A stretch of 64,000 nt of DNA from NCBI RefSeq assembly GCF_964204645.1, contig NC_134031.1, forward strand, positions 8,618,001 through 8,682,000, read 5' to 3'. The position numbers and the translations under genes were made by a program. Source of the stretch: Tubulanus polymorphus (taxonomy: Eukaryota > Animalia > Nemertea). This document shows, one piece after another, positions 12,633-25,886 of the stretch. Under the pieces are notes generated by a model that ran no database searches, was not told the DNA's origin, and worked only from the letters and a program-made list of their open reading frames with translations. The stretch's first letter is position 1. Each line of letters opens with the position of its first letter.

Positions 12633-12991
12633 CCCCTCGCCCGATGTGCTTGGTTCATCGTCACTGTAAGTAAGCCTCAGCTCCTTAGTCTACGTTATGC
12701 GGTACAGACATTATTGGATACGAGAAGTGATAAATAAAAATGTACAATATCCAAATTTGGGCGTACACTGATAATTACTGGCTGTAAGGTGGGTTAGGGT
12801 CAGCAATCTGAGGTAAAAACACTGTAGGTTAACTCAACAGACGGTGGAAAACTAATAACCGACACCAGATTAATCTCAGTGGCCGTAAATAAACCGATAA
12901 CTTTCAGACTCTCTGTGAGAGAATTTACACAGACTATACTATACGTTCGCTTCGATTCAACTCAATATTTCCACAGTTTTAAGGTTCTAAA

Positions 12992-13012
12992 AATCCCAGT
13001 ACGCCGCCACCA
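12992..13012 (-). promoter_or_regulatory. Primer binding site (tRNA-Leu-like)
   Basis: TGGTGGCGGCGTACTGGGATT lies 2 nt after the 5' LTR and resembles the complement of a tRNA-Leu 3' end (TGGTGGCAGCGGTGGGATT). Confidence 0.65.
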
Positions 13013-13014
13013 TT

Positions 13015-15649
13015 TGTGAAATCTCCTCTTTCGTTGGCTCAATCAAGAAAGGGGGAATAATCGTTTCCACAGAACCTCTAAATTAATCAAAGACCACGCC
13101 GAGATTTACCTAACGTCTTCTTTCTTTTAATTAGACGGGCGCCGAAGCGCGAGCTGGAAGCTCCTTAAGTTAATCACGCGTATGAGGCAAATTCAAATTT
13201 TCTCTTTTTCTCCATACCGTCCTTCTCAAAAAAGTGTAGTTTACATCGGGGACACATGGGCATTGGCTAAATCGCGGCAACGAAAATGACGGTCACGGAC
13301 GGATTTTCGGCCTCGTCACGCGGGTAGTTTAAATACGTGAATGAAGGATTACAAAATGGGTTTGTGTAATTTTCAGAATATTTACAAAGAATATTCACAA
13401 AATATTGTCAAAAAATGTTATTTTTAGTTCGTATTTTTCCGTAGAAACCGATTGGAAGACAGGATTCGAGTCTCACAAAAAGCACAGTCCAACGGGTCGA
13501 ATGTTCATGGGCTTACATGCTTGCAAGCCCATATTGCTATCACACGGATTGATAACTTGCTTGGGGTGGGCTCTGATATTTACACACATTTAACACAGTA
13601 ATAAAATCTAGGTTCCTTTCGTATATTCTCTATATCGGTTGTCGTTTTCATTGTTTTATGATTTTGTTTAATCGTTTTTTTGTTATTTCAGCAGCGCATA
13701 CCAACCTTGGTCGAGCGTGCGTGATCAGTCTTGAAATTGGCATTCATGAGCGGCATAGTGTTGCCGACAATTCAATTCATTCTTTATTGACACAATTAAA
13801 ATTTCACAATAAAACATTTACTTTCACGTTTTTAAAAAATTCTTTTGATTTTTCTTTTACTTTCATTGGGTGCTTGTGTTAGCGGCCATTTTAAAAATCT
13901 CTGTATTAACATTTATATTTTTCAGTTTAAATATCTAAAACTTAAAGACCGCTTTTCTGTAAAATGAATTCTGAATTGAATTGAAGACTGGTTCCCTGTG
14001 CCCAAAGAGCCAGGGGCGGTACTCTATGGTGGCAATAAACTTTTGAATCGAATGATCGTAGTGGATTGTCATTTGAAGGAAATGCAACTTATTCTTGCTT
14101 AATGTCTTTATTATTTTAAAAAAGAAAAATCGTGGCTCCTATCTATTTTCGTGTTAGCTTCTCTTAACCTGAAGTCACTAGAGTTAGTCACGTATTTTCT
14201 TTCAGTTGTAAATGTTTCTATGCAAAATCATTTCAACACAATCCGATAAGTAATCTAGCAATTATCAACATGATGATAGATTCCGTTAAAACACTACAAT
14301 ATTCAAATAACAACTATCCAAAAGCTTGCACTAACTTGGTCCACGTCTACACAATAAAACCATTCCGATTCCCAGTTCCCGTGTGTAACATTTCATGTAG
14401 TGATGTAAGACAACACCGATCTCTTAGCTCTTTAAAAAGTAATCAATTCAAATTCCGATTAATTCTACTACAGAAATACAAAACCGCCAAGCCAGCTTTC
14501 AGTACAACCATGTCAGCAAGCCCATTTTTAGAATTTCTTCCTTGTTTAGAATAACAAGCCCGCCGGTTTCACAGCATCACTAAGGGTCGAGTCCCGGAGA
14601 ATAAGGCGCGCGCGCGGTCTGCGTGTTACAAAATGACCGTCCCGCTCCACACAAGTACTGAATAATCAACTAAATATTTTGCCAATCCCTGGGAGTAAAA
14701 TGCCGCGTTTTTAGCTTATCTTTGTGTGTCTTTTACTCCCGTTTTTCAAACGTTAGTCCCCTTTTCCGTTTCGAGTAAAATTCGTATACGCTATAATCCG
14801 TGTTCAAAATACCGTTGTTCCATTAATTCCGTACCCATGCAACCCGTTGTAATACTAAGGAAGAAATATTTAGTGTAAAACATATAAAACTATTGAAGCC
14901 ATGAGATTTAATGTAGAAATCTGACGTTTTTTAACTACAGAAAAATTTATTCGCGTGTAATCGAAAAAACAATTGGCTCTCAATATGTCATCAACATTTC
15001 CAAACTTCCACGTTGTTTTTCGCAGAAAATGATTAAAAAAAAAATTTAATCACGGGTCCCTTTAATTCGCTCGAAGGTCTATCATATTTTTGGTGATTTT
15101 CTTTGGTCACGGGTGCTTTCCCTCAGCAAAACCTAAATTTTTTACAATGTAGAACTTGGGAATAAATTTCTTGTGTAAAACATATAAAACTGTTAAAAGC
15201 CGTTCGTAGAACATATCTGACGATACAGAAAGATTATTGTCGTATGATATATTGTCGTATGTCAATTTGTAATCACCACTCCCAAAGCATGTTTTTTTTT
15301 CGCAAAAATGAATTCCTTTTCTATACATGTATTTGATCACGGCGAATCTTCGCTCGAATAGATCTTCGATATTTTGGGTGGTTTTCTTTGGCCACGGACC
15401 ACACCGAACACAGGTGCCCCCGCAAAACCTATGTTTTTTTACAATGTAGAATTCTATATAAGTTGCCGAAAGTGCACTCGCCTTTATTTATTCATTAAAA
15501 CTTAAGACTGGCTGTGCGTCACCAAGTTTCGACTTTGACATATTACCACGCCAAAAGAGAACAAAAGAATCCCCACAAAATTTGGGGTCACTAAAATACG
15601 GATTTGGACTCGGTAAAAGCCGGATACCGGACTTTACCGATCCATCACA
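13015..15649 (-). repeat. 5' LTR of the Gypsy element, split by a 2.4-kb insertion
   Basis: LTR halves at 13015-13133 and 15546-15649. Confidence 0.9.
13134..15541. mobile_element. 2.4-kb non-coding insertion in the Gypsy 5' LTR (possibly Helentron-like)
   Basis: Absent from the 3' LTR. ATTA on both sides (13130-13133, 15542-15545). No long ORF and no obvious terminal TIR. Confidence 0.75.
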
Positions 15650-15948
15650 GTATTTGATTGACAAGACCCAAACCCCGATTTACCGCCACACTATTTAGCG
15701 TCAAAATCGAGAATCCCCAAGGGCGGGTGGCCTTAAATCGAAGTATGACTGTGCAGTCGAACCTCATTAGTACGATGTCCATGGGAAAATGAAAAATCAT
15801 CATACTAACCGAATTTCTTATTAACCATTTGTTAAAAACAATTCCATAATTATTTCAACAGACACACCACAGAAGTTTGGTATTGCATGTATGGTCAGCA
15901 CCACCACACAATACACAAAGCGCAGACTTGGGCTGAGACAGCGTTTCA

Positions 15949-16373
15949 GGGGCCGTGCATAAAGTGCACATGCTCGTAAGTGGAAGGGGGTTTAAATAAT
16001 CCATACAAAGACGTACTGGTAAGAGAGGGGTGAGCTCAAAGCGTACATACGTTTCTAAGAGGGAGGGAGTGTTAAAAGTACAAACTTTTTGCACGAAGCA
16101 CAATGTGATTTTTACGAACATCCCCAATATTTGATGTGATTTCCTGGGAATTCCTCACTCTCAGTCTTTCACTGTCGACGGTACGTCATTGCGTAGCTCC
16201 GATGAATGCTGTTGAATTTTGCCGTCTTTAGACCATGTACTGAATAATTACACGCCACAGGGGGTCCTTCGTAAAAGTTTGTACACAAGTATAAAAACGT
16301 ATATAGAGAGTACATGGGAGAGGGGGGTTAGAAATACCTGCAAGTCAAGTGTATGTACTTCATGCAAGGCCCC
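15949..16373. mobile_element. Harbinger-like MITE
   Basis: GGGGCCGTGCATAAAGT...ACTTCATGCAAGGCCCC with TCA/TAA flanks. Confidence 0.6.
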
Positions 16374-16419
16374 TAAATAATTCTATATAAGAAAAGCAGG
16401 GAAATCTTAAAATCATTGT

Positions 16420-16703
16420 AGCGTTCGGCTCTGGGAAACCAAGTCGTGGGTTCAAACCCCGTAAATTGCCGTAGTGTCCTTGCGCAAGACACTTATCCCC
16501 ATTGCCTCTCTCCAACAGGTACCTGACCTGATAGATGATTCCTGAATGCTTGTTAGCCGCTCCGTGTTACTTCTCCCCAGGGAGAGATGATTGATACATA
16601 CATGTTCGAGTATTAAATGGCTGGGGTAATAATACCGAAAAATGTAAGGCGCTCCGAACACCCTCGCTGGATTTAGCGCTATATAAGAATTATTATTATA
16701 TTA
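16420..16703 (+). mobile_element. tRNA-derived CORE-type SINE
   Basis: B-box GGTTCAAACCC, CORE-like GTGTCCTTGCGCAAGACACTT, and a 3' tail GCGCTATATAAGAATTATTATTA. Confidence 0.6.
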
Positions 16704-17078
16704 CTGAGGTGTTCGCTGAATTGTACTAACAGGTTCGTTTGTATCTAGTTTAAGCTTTCTGGAGCTATAGATGTAAATCTAAAAATTACGTAAAAGAAGT
16801 AATACAAATTCAATTGAAGATATGAAACAAATACATCTTGTAATTCCATATGGAGAGAGTTTATTAGTCAACTACACAAACAAGAACATTTTTATCATAA
16901 ATAATAGGTGGACAGTACATTATTCGATGAAGCGGACAGTAGCTACCATTATGCTTTACAAGAAGTTTCCGTAGTATAAATGGATGAGGGGAATGCATTG
17001 TGTAGCGTAACCCTTTTGCTGTGAGCATGGTTGAACTTGTGTCCTAGCGTCCGCCTATATACCCTTTCCATTACTTAT

Positions 17079-17826
17079 AAAACTAGGCGTCCAGGGACAC
17101 TATGCCCACTTGGGAAGTGGTTTCAAATGCTCAACAATCTAACAATTTCAATATTCAACGCCCCCTGGTGACCATATACAAAAACCAATGACCTTGAAAC
17201 TCACCACAATCATAAACATGTCAGCAGCTACGATTTTGCAATTGATTGTGATGAGAAAATATACCTCGTTACCTATTTAATATGGAAATATTAAGTTATT
17301 CTACTATTCAACGCCCCCTGGTGACCATATTTAAAACCCAATGACCTTGAAACTCACCACAATCATAGAGCATGTCTTGAACTTCAACTTTGCAATTGAC
17401 CATGGTAACAAAATATGCCTAGGTACCAATGTAATAAGGAAATACTAGGTTATTCTACTTTTCAACGCCCCCTGGTGAGCATATAGAATAACTAATTTCC
17501 TTAAAAATCATCACAGTCATAGAACACGTTATAAGTTACAACTTTCTAATTCATTGTCGAAACAAAATATGCTTAGGTATCAAAATAATGTCGAATGTAT
17601 TCGAAAGATCAAGGTAATTGATCAAGGCGTCTTCAAAATTTAAAAAACGTATTAGAGCGCTGATTTTGGCGAACAACAATGGCTGCCAGTCGGCCATCTT
17701 GATTCTGAAAGGACCAGATTTTGGGCTGAAGGTGTGTCTAGGGTAGATACATGTACAAACCAAATATCAAGACATTACAAGTGAACGCAATAGCCCGCTG
17801 GAACTAAAGTCTCAAGTGGGCTAAAA
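17079..17826 (-). mobile_element. HINE family B with internal ~153-bp tandem repeats
   Basis: SubTIRs GCCCACTTGGGA / TCTCAAGTGGGC. Minus-strand 3' stem-loop GTGTCCCTGGACGC then CTAGTTT. Unit TTCAACGCCCCCTGGTGA at about 17154, 17307 and 17461. Confidence 0.75.
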
Positions 17827-20800
17827 TCACGATCAGGCTTACAACAACTGATCCGGCAGTCATAGAAATGAATGGATTACAAATTTTATAGCAGTTTACA
17901 AAAATGAACGAGCCAATTATCAGAAAAAACAATGTACAGTAAGTAGTATGTATCATTTTTTAGCCTTATTCATTATTATGTTAACTCCGACAACAATCAG
18001 AATGTGACAGCATAGGACATGCGATGAGCCCATCACCAGCCATCCAACCACACAAACCATCTGGTGATTTTCGCCATTTTTCAGAAATCTTTTCAAAAGA
18101 TTAGAATTGAAGTCGTCTTGTATGCGTACGTGGGTTGTAACAATGTATGATGACTAGTGCTATACAACACTTCATGACAGATTACGCACATCATAACTTC
18201 ATCATGCGCAGTGAAAAGGTTCAAACTGAACCAGAAAATTATCTGTGCTGGCTGGTTTTATAACCAATTTTACCTGGAATTTAGTTCACATCATGTGATA
18301 ATTTGATTACTGCCTTCAAATGCTAAAATTTGAATTATATATGTACTTGTATCGACCTGCCGCTGTAAAATAACTGGAAGAAGAGATTCATATCACTTAT
18401 ATCAGCAGATTTCAATAAAATACATAACTTTTTTTTCCAAAATATCCTGTTGAAGCTGTTAGGTTTAACGTGTAGGTAGCATATTTTTCACTTCTATTCC
18501 TTGTTTCTGGTTTCCTTTATTTACTTCATTTATATTTTTTTACTACATTCGTAATTTTGTCACAAATGTTGCCTCTACTTGAAAATATATTGATCGACTT
18601 CAGATGCAATTTATGTACATGTACTCATGGGGCCAATTTGTTTGCTATAAACTGGTAGGTGGTTAATAAATGAAATTGAATTGAATTGGTAGAAAAGACT
18701 CATTGCTCAGTCCACAGATACCTTCTGTTTTTATATTGAATAAGTCAAACAAAAATTTGGTATTCTGGTTTCTTGGCTGAATCAGTGGGTCCCAAATGAA
18801 CTGAGAATAGTCGCGTCAGGACTGGATCCAGCATTAGTACTACTCAGTACATAACTGTAAATACTACTCAGTACCCCTGAAAATAGTGAAATTTTGTCAC
18901 CTCCAGAAATCGATGTAAGCATTTGTTGGGATTTCAAATTAATGATACACACATAAGGGGATCCACTTTTATCATCGTGGTCCATCCACGAGTACTGCTC
19001 AAGCAATAATAAATGGCTCACAGCTCATCATCCTAAGGGCTGAAGGGCTTTCCCATTGATTCAAACGAGCCAATGGGCGAAACTTTCCATGTTAATTCCA
19101 ACCCCTATTTCTCTCCTAATGACACAATATCAGCTGTGTGGTTACGATTTGTGCCACCCAGAACTAACAGAACGTTACTCCCAGAACCATTCTCTGAGGA
19201 TCAACATGGTTGATCCTTAAAGTCAAGATTATAAATCTGATACACAAAATAACTCAGGAAATTCTAGTACGATTACAATATGATGAATAAATAAATTGTC
19301 CATGGGCAAAGTGTGGTTTACCTTGAAAGCTAGAGGTTGTTTGAAGTAAGGGGTATTGCTTGAAAAATCTGTTCAGATGATATTTCATGATATAGACGAT
19401 GAAAATAAAAACCCCTCTCAGGGCCAAGTACTGGCCCCGCCTCTGATGAATCTGACAAAAACTGGTATCATATAAAAGGCCATAATATTGTTTGCGAACT
19501 TTTATTATACTGTTAAGTTATAGGACTGATAGTTTTTGAACTATGTGGCTTAAAATATGTGTTGTCCAAAAGCACAAAAATGGCTGAAATTATTGAATTT
19601 CTAGGGTCGTCGCGGTGTAGAAAACCTAAAAGGATTAATACCCTGGTGTATTAATATAGAAATCGATGAGCTTGAAACACATCACAATCATAGAACTTGT
19701 AATGAGCTACAATTCTGCAATTGATTGTGGTTACTAAAAATATTCACTGCTACCAATGAATATGGAAATACCATGTAATTCTGCTATTGAACGCCCCCTG
19801 ATGAACATATACAGAAATCAATTACCTCAACAAAACCACCCCATATAAGGAGATGTGACCTATGACAATACCGACTGATCAAATACCTAGTCTAAACTAT
19901 TTCCTGACCAAAATAACCGTCTGATGAGTTTTATATTTCTTTGCTAAGTATACCATCATGAATTTCAACAGAAAATAGCAAAGCATTGGTAAGCTACAGT
20001 TCTAAATATGGGACAGCCATCTTGTGTCCGATCGACCTAATTTTTCTTATGATGATGGGCTTTTGGCCACATGTTCAATGTGTACCTCGGATCTGCAAAG
20101 CTCGGAAGTTTATAATCACTTGAAAACTTCAAATTTGTAATAAGTGCTGATTTTGGTGGAACAACAATGGCTGCCAGTCCACCATCTAGATTCTGACTGG
20201 GCCAGTTTTTCAGCGGCGGATGTGTCTGGGTAGATATACATAGATACCTGCACTAACCAAATATCAAGACAATCCATTGAAAACGTCCCGAGATGACTGG
20301 ACTCTAATTAGGGATTGATGAAAAGTGAACATAATAGCCCTCTGGGACTTGAGTCCCAAGTGGGCTAAAATGAATAACAAAGAATTGAAATAACAAAAGT
20401 TAAAATTATATAAATACATAAACATAATATAAATACATAAACATGACGTTTTTAAACATTAATTTGATGTAACCTGTAAAATTTATGGTATCCACGAAAA
20501 TGAACACCGAAACCAACATGAAAAATATGGGGTAGTCAACTACCTTTATGATATTAAAGCACATACGTGAGCCTTGTCTACACAAAGATATTTCAACCCC
20601 TAATGATCAACTTTTATGCAGTAACTTTGAGTTGGTCACCAATCAAACACTTTAACTTGGATTCGTAAACCCTGCACTCTGAATTAGTCCTTGCTTTTAG
20701 TCGGAGAATAATATGACTGTCCTTCCTCTGCTTTATCATAACAATTCAGAACTCAATCAGCTTGAAATCTTACCTGGGGGGACGAGGAGACCCGCTTATC

Positions 20801-20927
20801 CTGCATATAAGTGCACTGGGGACAATCTCAGTGTTGGAACTGTAGCGACTAATTTTGTGAATGACCTTTTTTCCTTTCTATACTACGTTTTTGACAAAGT
20901 TGAAGTAAATTCACTGCAGCAATATAA

Positions 20928-21530
20928 AGGCTGGCTAATGTTGACGAGCCACTTGACGCCTACCAACGCAACTCGGTTTATCACCGATTAGTGGCAACTA
21001 GTGGCCTACAAGAGGCCTCCAGCTGCTGCTCTATCGGTTCGCCACAAGTCGCAAGTCGTATCCAGCTAGTTGCCCATGTTCAGCTCCAGCCTACGGTAAG
21101 AGGACAGTTGCTTTCGATCGCAACCGACATAAGCTCATCTTCAAAGCGATGGAACTTAGCACAGGAATTCCAGCCAATCAGAGACCAAATATACTTAGTA
21201 CAAATTTTAGCCGATAGTTCGCGTTATTAGTACCTTGTCAAAAACTATCAATTTTCAGTAGTTTCAAACGCAAACCAGACCTTCAGCACGGTAGATGACT
21301 GGACCGAAGATCTAGAAATGAAATTGGTAGAATTATGGCTTGAGCGGCCCTCTATATGATGTCCCTAACGCATTGCATTTAAAGAAGAATCACAGAGATG
21401 GAGATTTCAAAGAAATATAACAATTCAAAATTATTTAACCATCTGAGCCAGTTCAGTTGCCAATAATCGCAGGGAAACAACTGGTCGGATCTCATCTCGG
21501 CTCCAGTTGCTGGGAATCGGAGCGCAGTCG
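20928..21530 (+). mobile_element. Second, 3'-truncated copy of the MADF-bearing Harbinger element
   Basis: Colinear with 4241-4920. 21294 onward reads DDWTEDLEMKLVELWLERP. Confidence 0.75.
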
Positions 21531-22083
21531 CCAAACGCCAGCTTTTAGAACCAGTTAAAAATCGGGAATTGGTGGAGGCAATCAAAACTTGCTTCCAATG
21601 CACCTGAACCAGGCAGGGTTTTGTTTAGTTGCTCAGTCTTGCAATGCCACCAGGTTTGAATCCAAGGGAGGACATTTGTACCCTGTCTCGATGCATTGAA
21701 CCCATGAATATCAGTCCAGAGACACCCACCATGCTGTATCCAAAATGGCGATACAAGTCAGAGGTGGCTTGTTGACCACAAGGCAGATGCAGATCCAGGA
21801 TTTTTTCCAGGAGGGGTTCATTAAGAATTTTAATGTTTAACTGCCTACTAAGATCTAATGATAGCTGGGGCCTATACGGCACATTGTTTGGCCAAACATA
21901 AGATGATATGGTACTGGTTGGTACTGTCAGTCCGCTTCGTCTTACATACATTCGTTCAAGAAAACGATAAAACAAGCGCCCCAAGGGGCACTATGGCCAG
22001 CCTGTCAGCTTTTCATAAAATGGCAAATGATGCATTCTGTGGGTTTAATTTGTCCTACACTCCCAGCTCAAAGACTAGTCAAT

Positions 22084-22549
22084 TGTCACCCCGATATAAT
22101 TTGCATATTTCATAATCATATAGATCTACAATGTCATATCGAACAGTTCATAACAACAATAATAATATAATATAACTTATGACTATAGTGTCAATATGTG
22201 CTTTAAGGTCGTAATCAACATGTGACATTACTCAACATGTTTTCACGATAATTAGCTATAGTCAGTGCTCATCGATAATTAATCAATGTCTCTCAAACAT
22301 GTCACTAGGTGTTTGTTTGTGAGTCCTGATGTCTACAACTTGTCTGACACCTAGTTCTCACATTATACTCATGATTCTGTATATAAAGACTATGTAAAGC
22401 TATGATAATCATTCTCATTCCGGGATGCAATAAAGATTGTACATATAAGGTTTAACTGCCTTGTTGTTCCTGATGGATGGAATCCTGTACCGCTGGTGTA
22501 AATGCTAGTTCCCCAGCCAGCCCGCTGATACAACAACCAGCCGGTTACA
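22084..22549 (+). mobile_element. Solo LTR of the family at 52406-59403
   Basis: TGTCACC...GGTTACA with 4-bp TSD CAAT. TATATAAAG at ~22380 and AATAAA at ~22429. Confidence 0.9.
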
Positions 22550-22765
22550 CAATCCCAGGCTAATAATTTACACAACTCAATAGTCATATAGACACAACAT
22601 ATTTTCTAAAATGGGCTAAAATACCCATGAGTAGACTAGGCTTAGACAGTCATAGTTAAAACACAATATTACTACAGAGCTCACTGGTATACCTTAATTT
22701 AGAAAACAAGCCAATATTGAAAAATCAATTTTGCAACTTGCATGCCTGCCATGAAATATTTAATA

Positions 22766-23205
22766 CAGTAGTACTCGCTCACCTCGGAATTTTGCTTGCC
22801 TCGGAAAAATAAAAAATCATTTTTCATTTGTAACTGTTTTTCAATGAAAAATATGTGTCTTGCTCAGAATTGCCCTCCTCAGAAATTTGTTTACCTCAGA
22901 CTGATTACCGTGGGACAAACATCATTTTCTTTGCTCACCTCTGAAAACTTTAACGACCTTCCGTGTTTTTTACCCATTTTTTTACTGACGATCTATGCAA
23001 TACATTTATCCCGACATTCATTGGTCATTTGTTTTAATATGTCTTATAACAGAGTTTACACACTTCATTGCAACAAGACATATTGAAACATAGAGGAAAT
23101 TATGTCTTTGAAAATACATTTCTATTTCTGCTCCTGCCTCGGAATTCGCCTACCTCGGCAAAATTTTTTCGGTCCCACGAGATCCGAGGTAAGCGAGTTT
23201 TACTA
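22766..23205. mobile_element. Tc1/mariner (pogo-like) MITE just downstream of the stomatin stop codon
   Basis: TA-CAGTAGTACTCGCTCACCTCGGA ... TCCGAGGTAAGCGAGTTTTACTA. Confidence 0.7.
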
Positions 23206-23290
23206 TTAATGTATTTTTTCTTCTCAATATTTGCGAATATCATACGAATTACTTGCATCTAGCAATGCTATGCAATCTACCATTTTTAGC

Positions 23291-23482
23291 TCATTTTCGG
23301 GGAAGGAAGTGTTGAAGGAAGTCAATAGGCAATGGGAAGATAATCGTTGAGTTCTTCTCTCCGGATATTGTGTTGAGAGTTTGTAGATATCGAAGTTGTA
23401 AAGCAGCTGGTGACTCATTCATTACATCTGCTGCTGCTTTCAGTGCTCGAGACGAATTCTGTTCACCCTCTGCAGCTATCAC
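23291..23482 (-). CDS. Stomatin/band-7 family protein, last coding exon
   Basis: AG acceptor at 23483-23484, then VIAAEGEQNSSRALKAAADVMNESPAALQLRYLQTLNTISGEKNSTIIFPLPIDFLQHFLPRK*, the classic stomatin C-terminus. Confidence 0.97.
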   Translation of the reverse strand: MIAAEGEQNSSRALKAAADVMNESPAALQLRYLQTLNTISGEKNSTIIFPLPIDFLQHFLPRK

Positions 23483-24357
23483 CTGCGAAAACATGACATT
23501 AAATTCAATTCAGTGTGGAAACAACGAGTTATTTACATGGGGTGTATCATTGAACGGCTCGTTTGAAGAGGTTCATTTCTCAAGCTGAATTGAAGTTTGT
23601 TTTCACGAGTCATTCGACAAGAACCTATACTTTGATTTCTGTTCTCTATACCCCTGCAACATACCAAAAGGTGAAAAAATGTGATTAAGTGCCGATTTCA
23701 GCCATCTTGATCCTGGTCGGGCTAGATTGTGGGTATATCTAAAGTAGAAACATGTATAAACCAAATATCAAGACAATCCATTGAAGGGTCTTCAAAACTT
23801 TCCAAAATAACTGGAATCCGGCTACGGACAAAAAGTGAATGCGGGACCTCCAACCGCAGGATTCGTCGTTTCCACATAAGATTTTTATCCCTGATGCTGT
23901 TAGTTTGGGTTAAACAATTACCAGAAAACTCTAAGGGCTCTGGGAAGCATAAGGTAAGCATTAAGGTCAATATTCATGGACTAAGTATCTGATGAAATAA
24001 AAAGAGTAGCACACTTACCAATGGTTACCTCAGAAATAGTCCAGAAATAAGAAATAATTATTTATGATAATATAGCTTCTTTCATTTTGAAAACTGCTTT
24101 CAACAGACACTTTATGACAATATAGGCATTTATAATATACAGGTGAACTACATATGGTATCTAGTCGAATGAAATGCTCGCCATTTTGTGGCTTTCCCAT
24201 AATAACATCAGAAGCGTCGAAATTCCATCTCCCGTCTACACATCAAAAGCACATATATAGGTCAGCCCATGTAAGTTTTGGAAACAGGGTTCCTTGTAAA
24301 TGAATGAAGAAATCCCTTCGAATTTAAAATTATACGATCAAATCTATTATTATGAAA

Positions 24358-24399
24358 CCACAACGTTTCGGCTGTTGACTAACAGCCATCATCAGGTGG
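24358..24399 (-). ncRNA. Minimal type I hammerhead ribozyme (Penelope terminal-repeat fragment) in the last stomatin intron
   Basis: CCAC-CTGATGA-T-GGCTGTT-AGTC-AACAGCC-GAAA-CGTT-GTGG: intact core, perfect 7-bp stem II, 4-bp stem I and palindromic AACGTT stem III. Confidence 0.8.
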
Positions 24400-25507
24400 A
24401 ATAACCAGAAAAACAAGTAACAAAGCATATACTCAAGCTCGGGTGAAATTTTAGAAACAATATTTGATAGCCGCAGCCAGGTACCTATTTTCAACAGGTT
24501 CAATGACAGGGTCATATAAAAACATTGAAAATAGAGGTAAAATTTCCATTCATTTTACAGTGGAACCTTTTTAATACAATTCTGTTTAAGATGAAACCCA
24601 TTAATTACAATCATTTTCAGCATGTCCCAACTAAGATATTTATATCAATCAAGATTTAGATAATTATAAAATTTGTAATGATCAATGATTTTGACTAGGC
24701 TGTGGGGCCTTCAACGTGGCTTTTACGCCTGGTATAAGATTTCAATGCCGAAGCGCCCATATCTGTTACATTGATGCTTGCCATGCTTCGTATGGGTTAT
24801 CGGTTGGCTGCACCCAGTCTCAAAATTCAGCGTGGCACAACAGACACAACTGTTATGTCCCCATGTTTTCTTGAAAGTCTCGAGACTCCGGAGACTTTCA
24901 CCACAAGTCTGCGGTGAACTTCCAAGCATCAATTAAGAGTTTCGCAATTCAATGCAATTCAATTACTTTCTTTATTTGCGCTTTATAAATTTTCATTATC
25001 AAGCTTTTCAAGCAATATTTTTTGTTTCAAGCCAAAAAAATTGTTTCAAGCTTTCAATCTATTCGCAAGCTGTTTTCAAGCGCTGAATAGCATTTTTCAA
25101 ATTCAAGCCATTTCAAGCACTGCGACGAACCCTGTAGAAAGTGAAGAATTTCCTATGCTTTTAGTGTTTTTCTCAGAGAACATTGCATCATCTGTTCCAA
25201 GCTTTGGGCCTAAACCCCTGTGCATCAATTCTACTTGCTTCACACAAAAAAAAAAAACTCGTCGGTATTACCACTAAATTTTGTGCCACGATTTAACATA
25301 CACCTTGGCAGACTCCCAACCAACTGTCAATAACATACGTATACCAAAAAGTGATCAGCTAGAAAAAGTATTGTGTTAGAAAAATCTTTTCTTATGGGAT
25401 TTCAGATTTACGAGACCATGATTTTGTCCGCAGTGATCTGAACATAATTTAACTACATTTGGTGCATTTTTACAATGCACGATTTTGGATATTATCATTG
25501 AAATTAC

Positions 25508-25586
25508 CTTTGCTCTTGCCTCTCTTGTGGCTTCAGCCTCTGCAGCCATAGCCCGTTGTAACTGGACAGGCAATCTTACGTCTTTA
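25508..25586 (-). CDS. Stomatin exon (KDVRLPVQLQRAMAAEAEATREARAK)
   Basis: 79 nt, phase 2 to 0, TTTTTTTTTCCAG acceptor and GTAATT donor. Confidence 0.97.
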
Positions 25587-25886
25587 CTGGAAAAAAAAAC
25601 TTTACATATAAAGTAGATGATATTGCATCTATCTAAGTGAAACAGTCAATACTGGTACAATCATGCAAATATGTCTCAAACATGCGAATAATCTTGCAAA
25701 GAACTAACACCTAGGTTTTCTATTGTCATGTGAAAAACAGTGAATCTCGACAACACAACCTAAACATGCAATGCCATTCCAAGCCTTAATTATAGCCTGT
25801 CAAATTGAGAGTGAATGGTAATTTTCCCCAGACGTCTGGGATAACTGCTTCAGAATTCCCAAATCAATAGGCCGCATCGTACTTAC

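Larger units (their letters stand above)
5380..15649 (-). mobile_element. Full-length, decayed Ty3/Gypsy LTR retrotransposon
   Basis: TG...CA LTRs of ~221 bp, 4-bp TSD GTAT (5376-5379 and 15650-15653), PBS and PPT, and gag-PR-RT-RH-IN domain order. Confidence 0.95.

Noticed and set aside
18782-19021. 79-aa ORF as an alternative stomatin terminal exon
   Set aside because: No similarity to stomatin C-termini and no convincing acceptor site.
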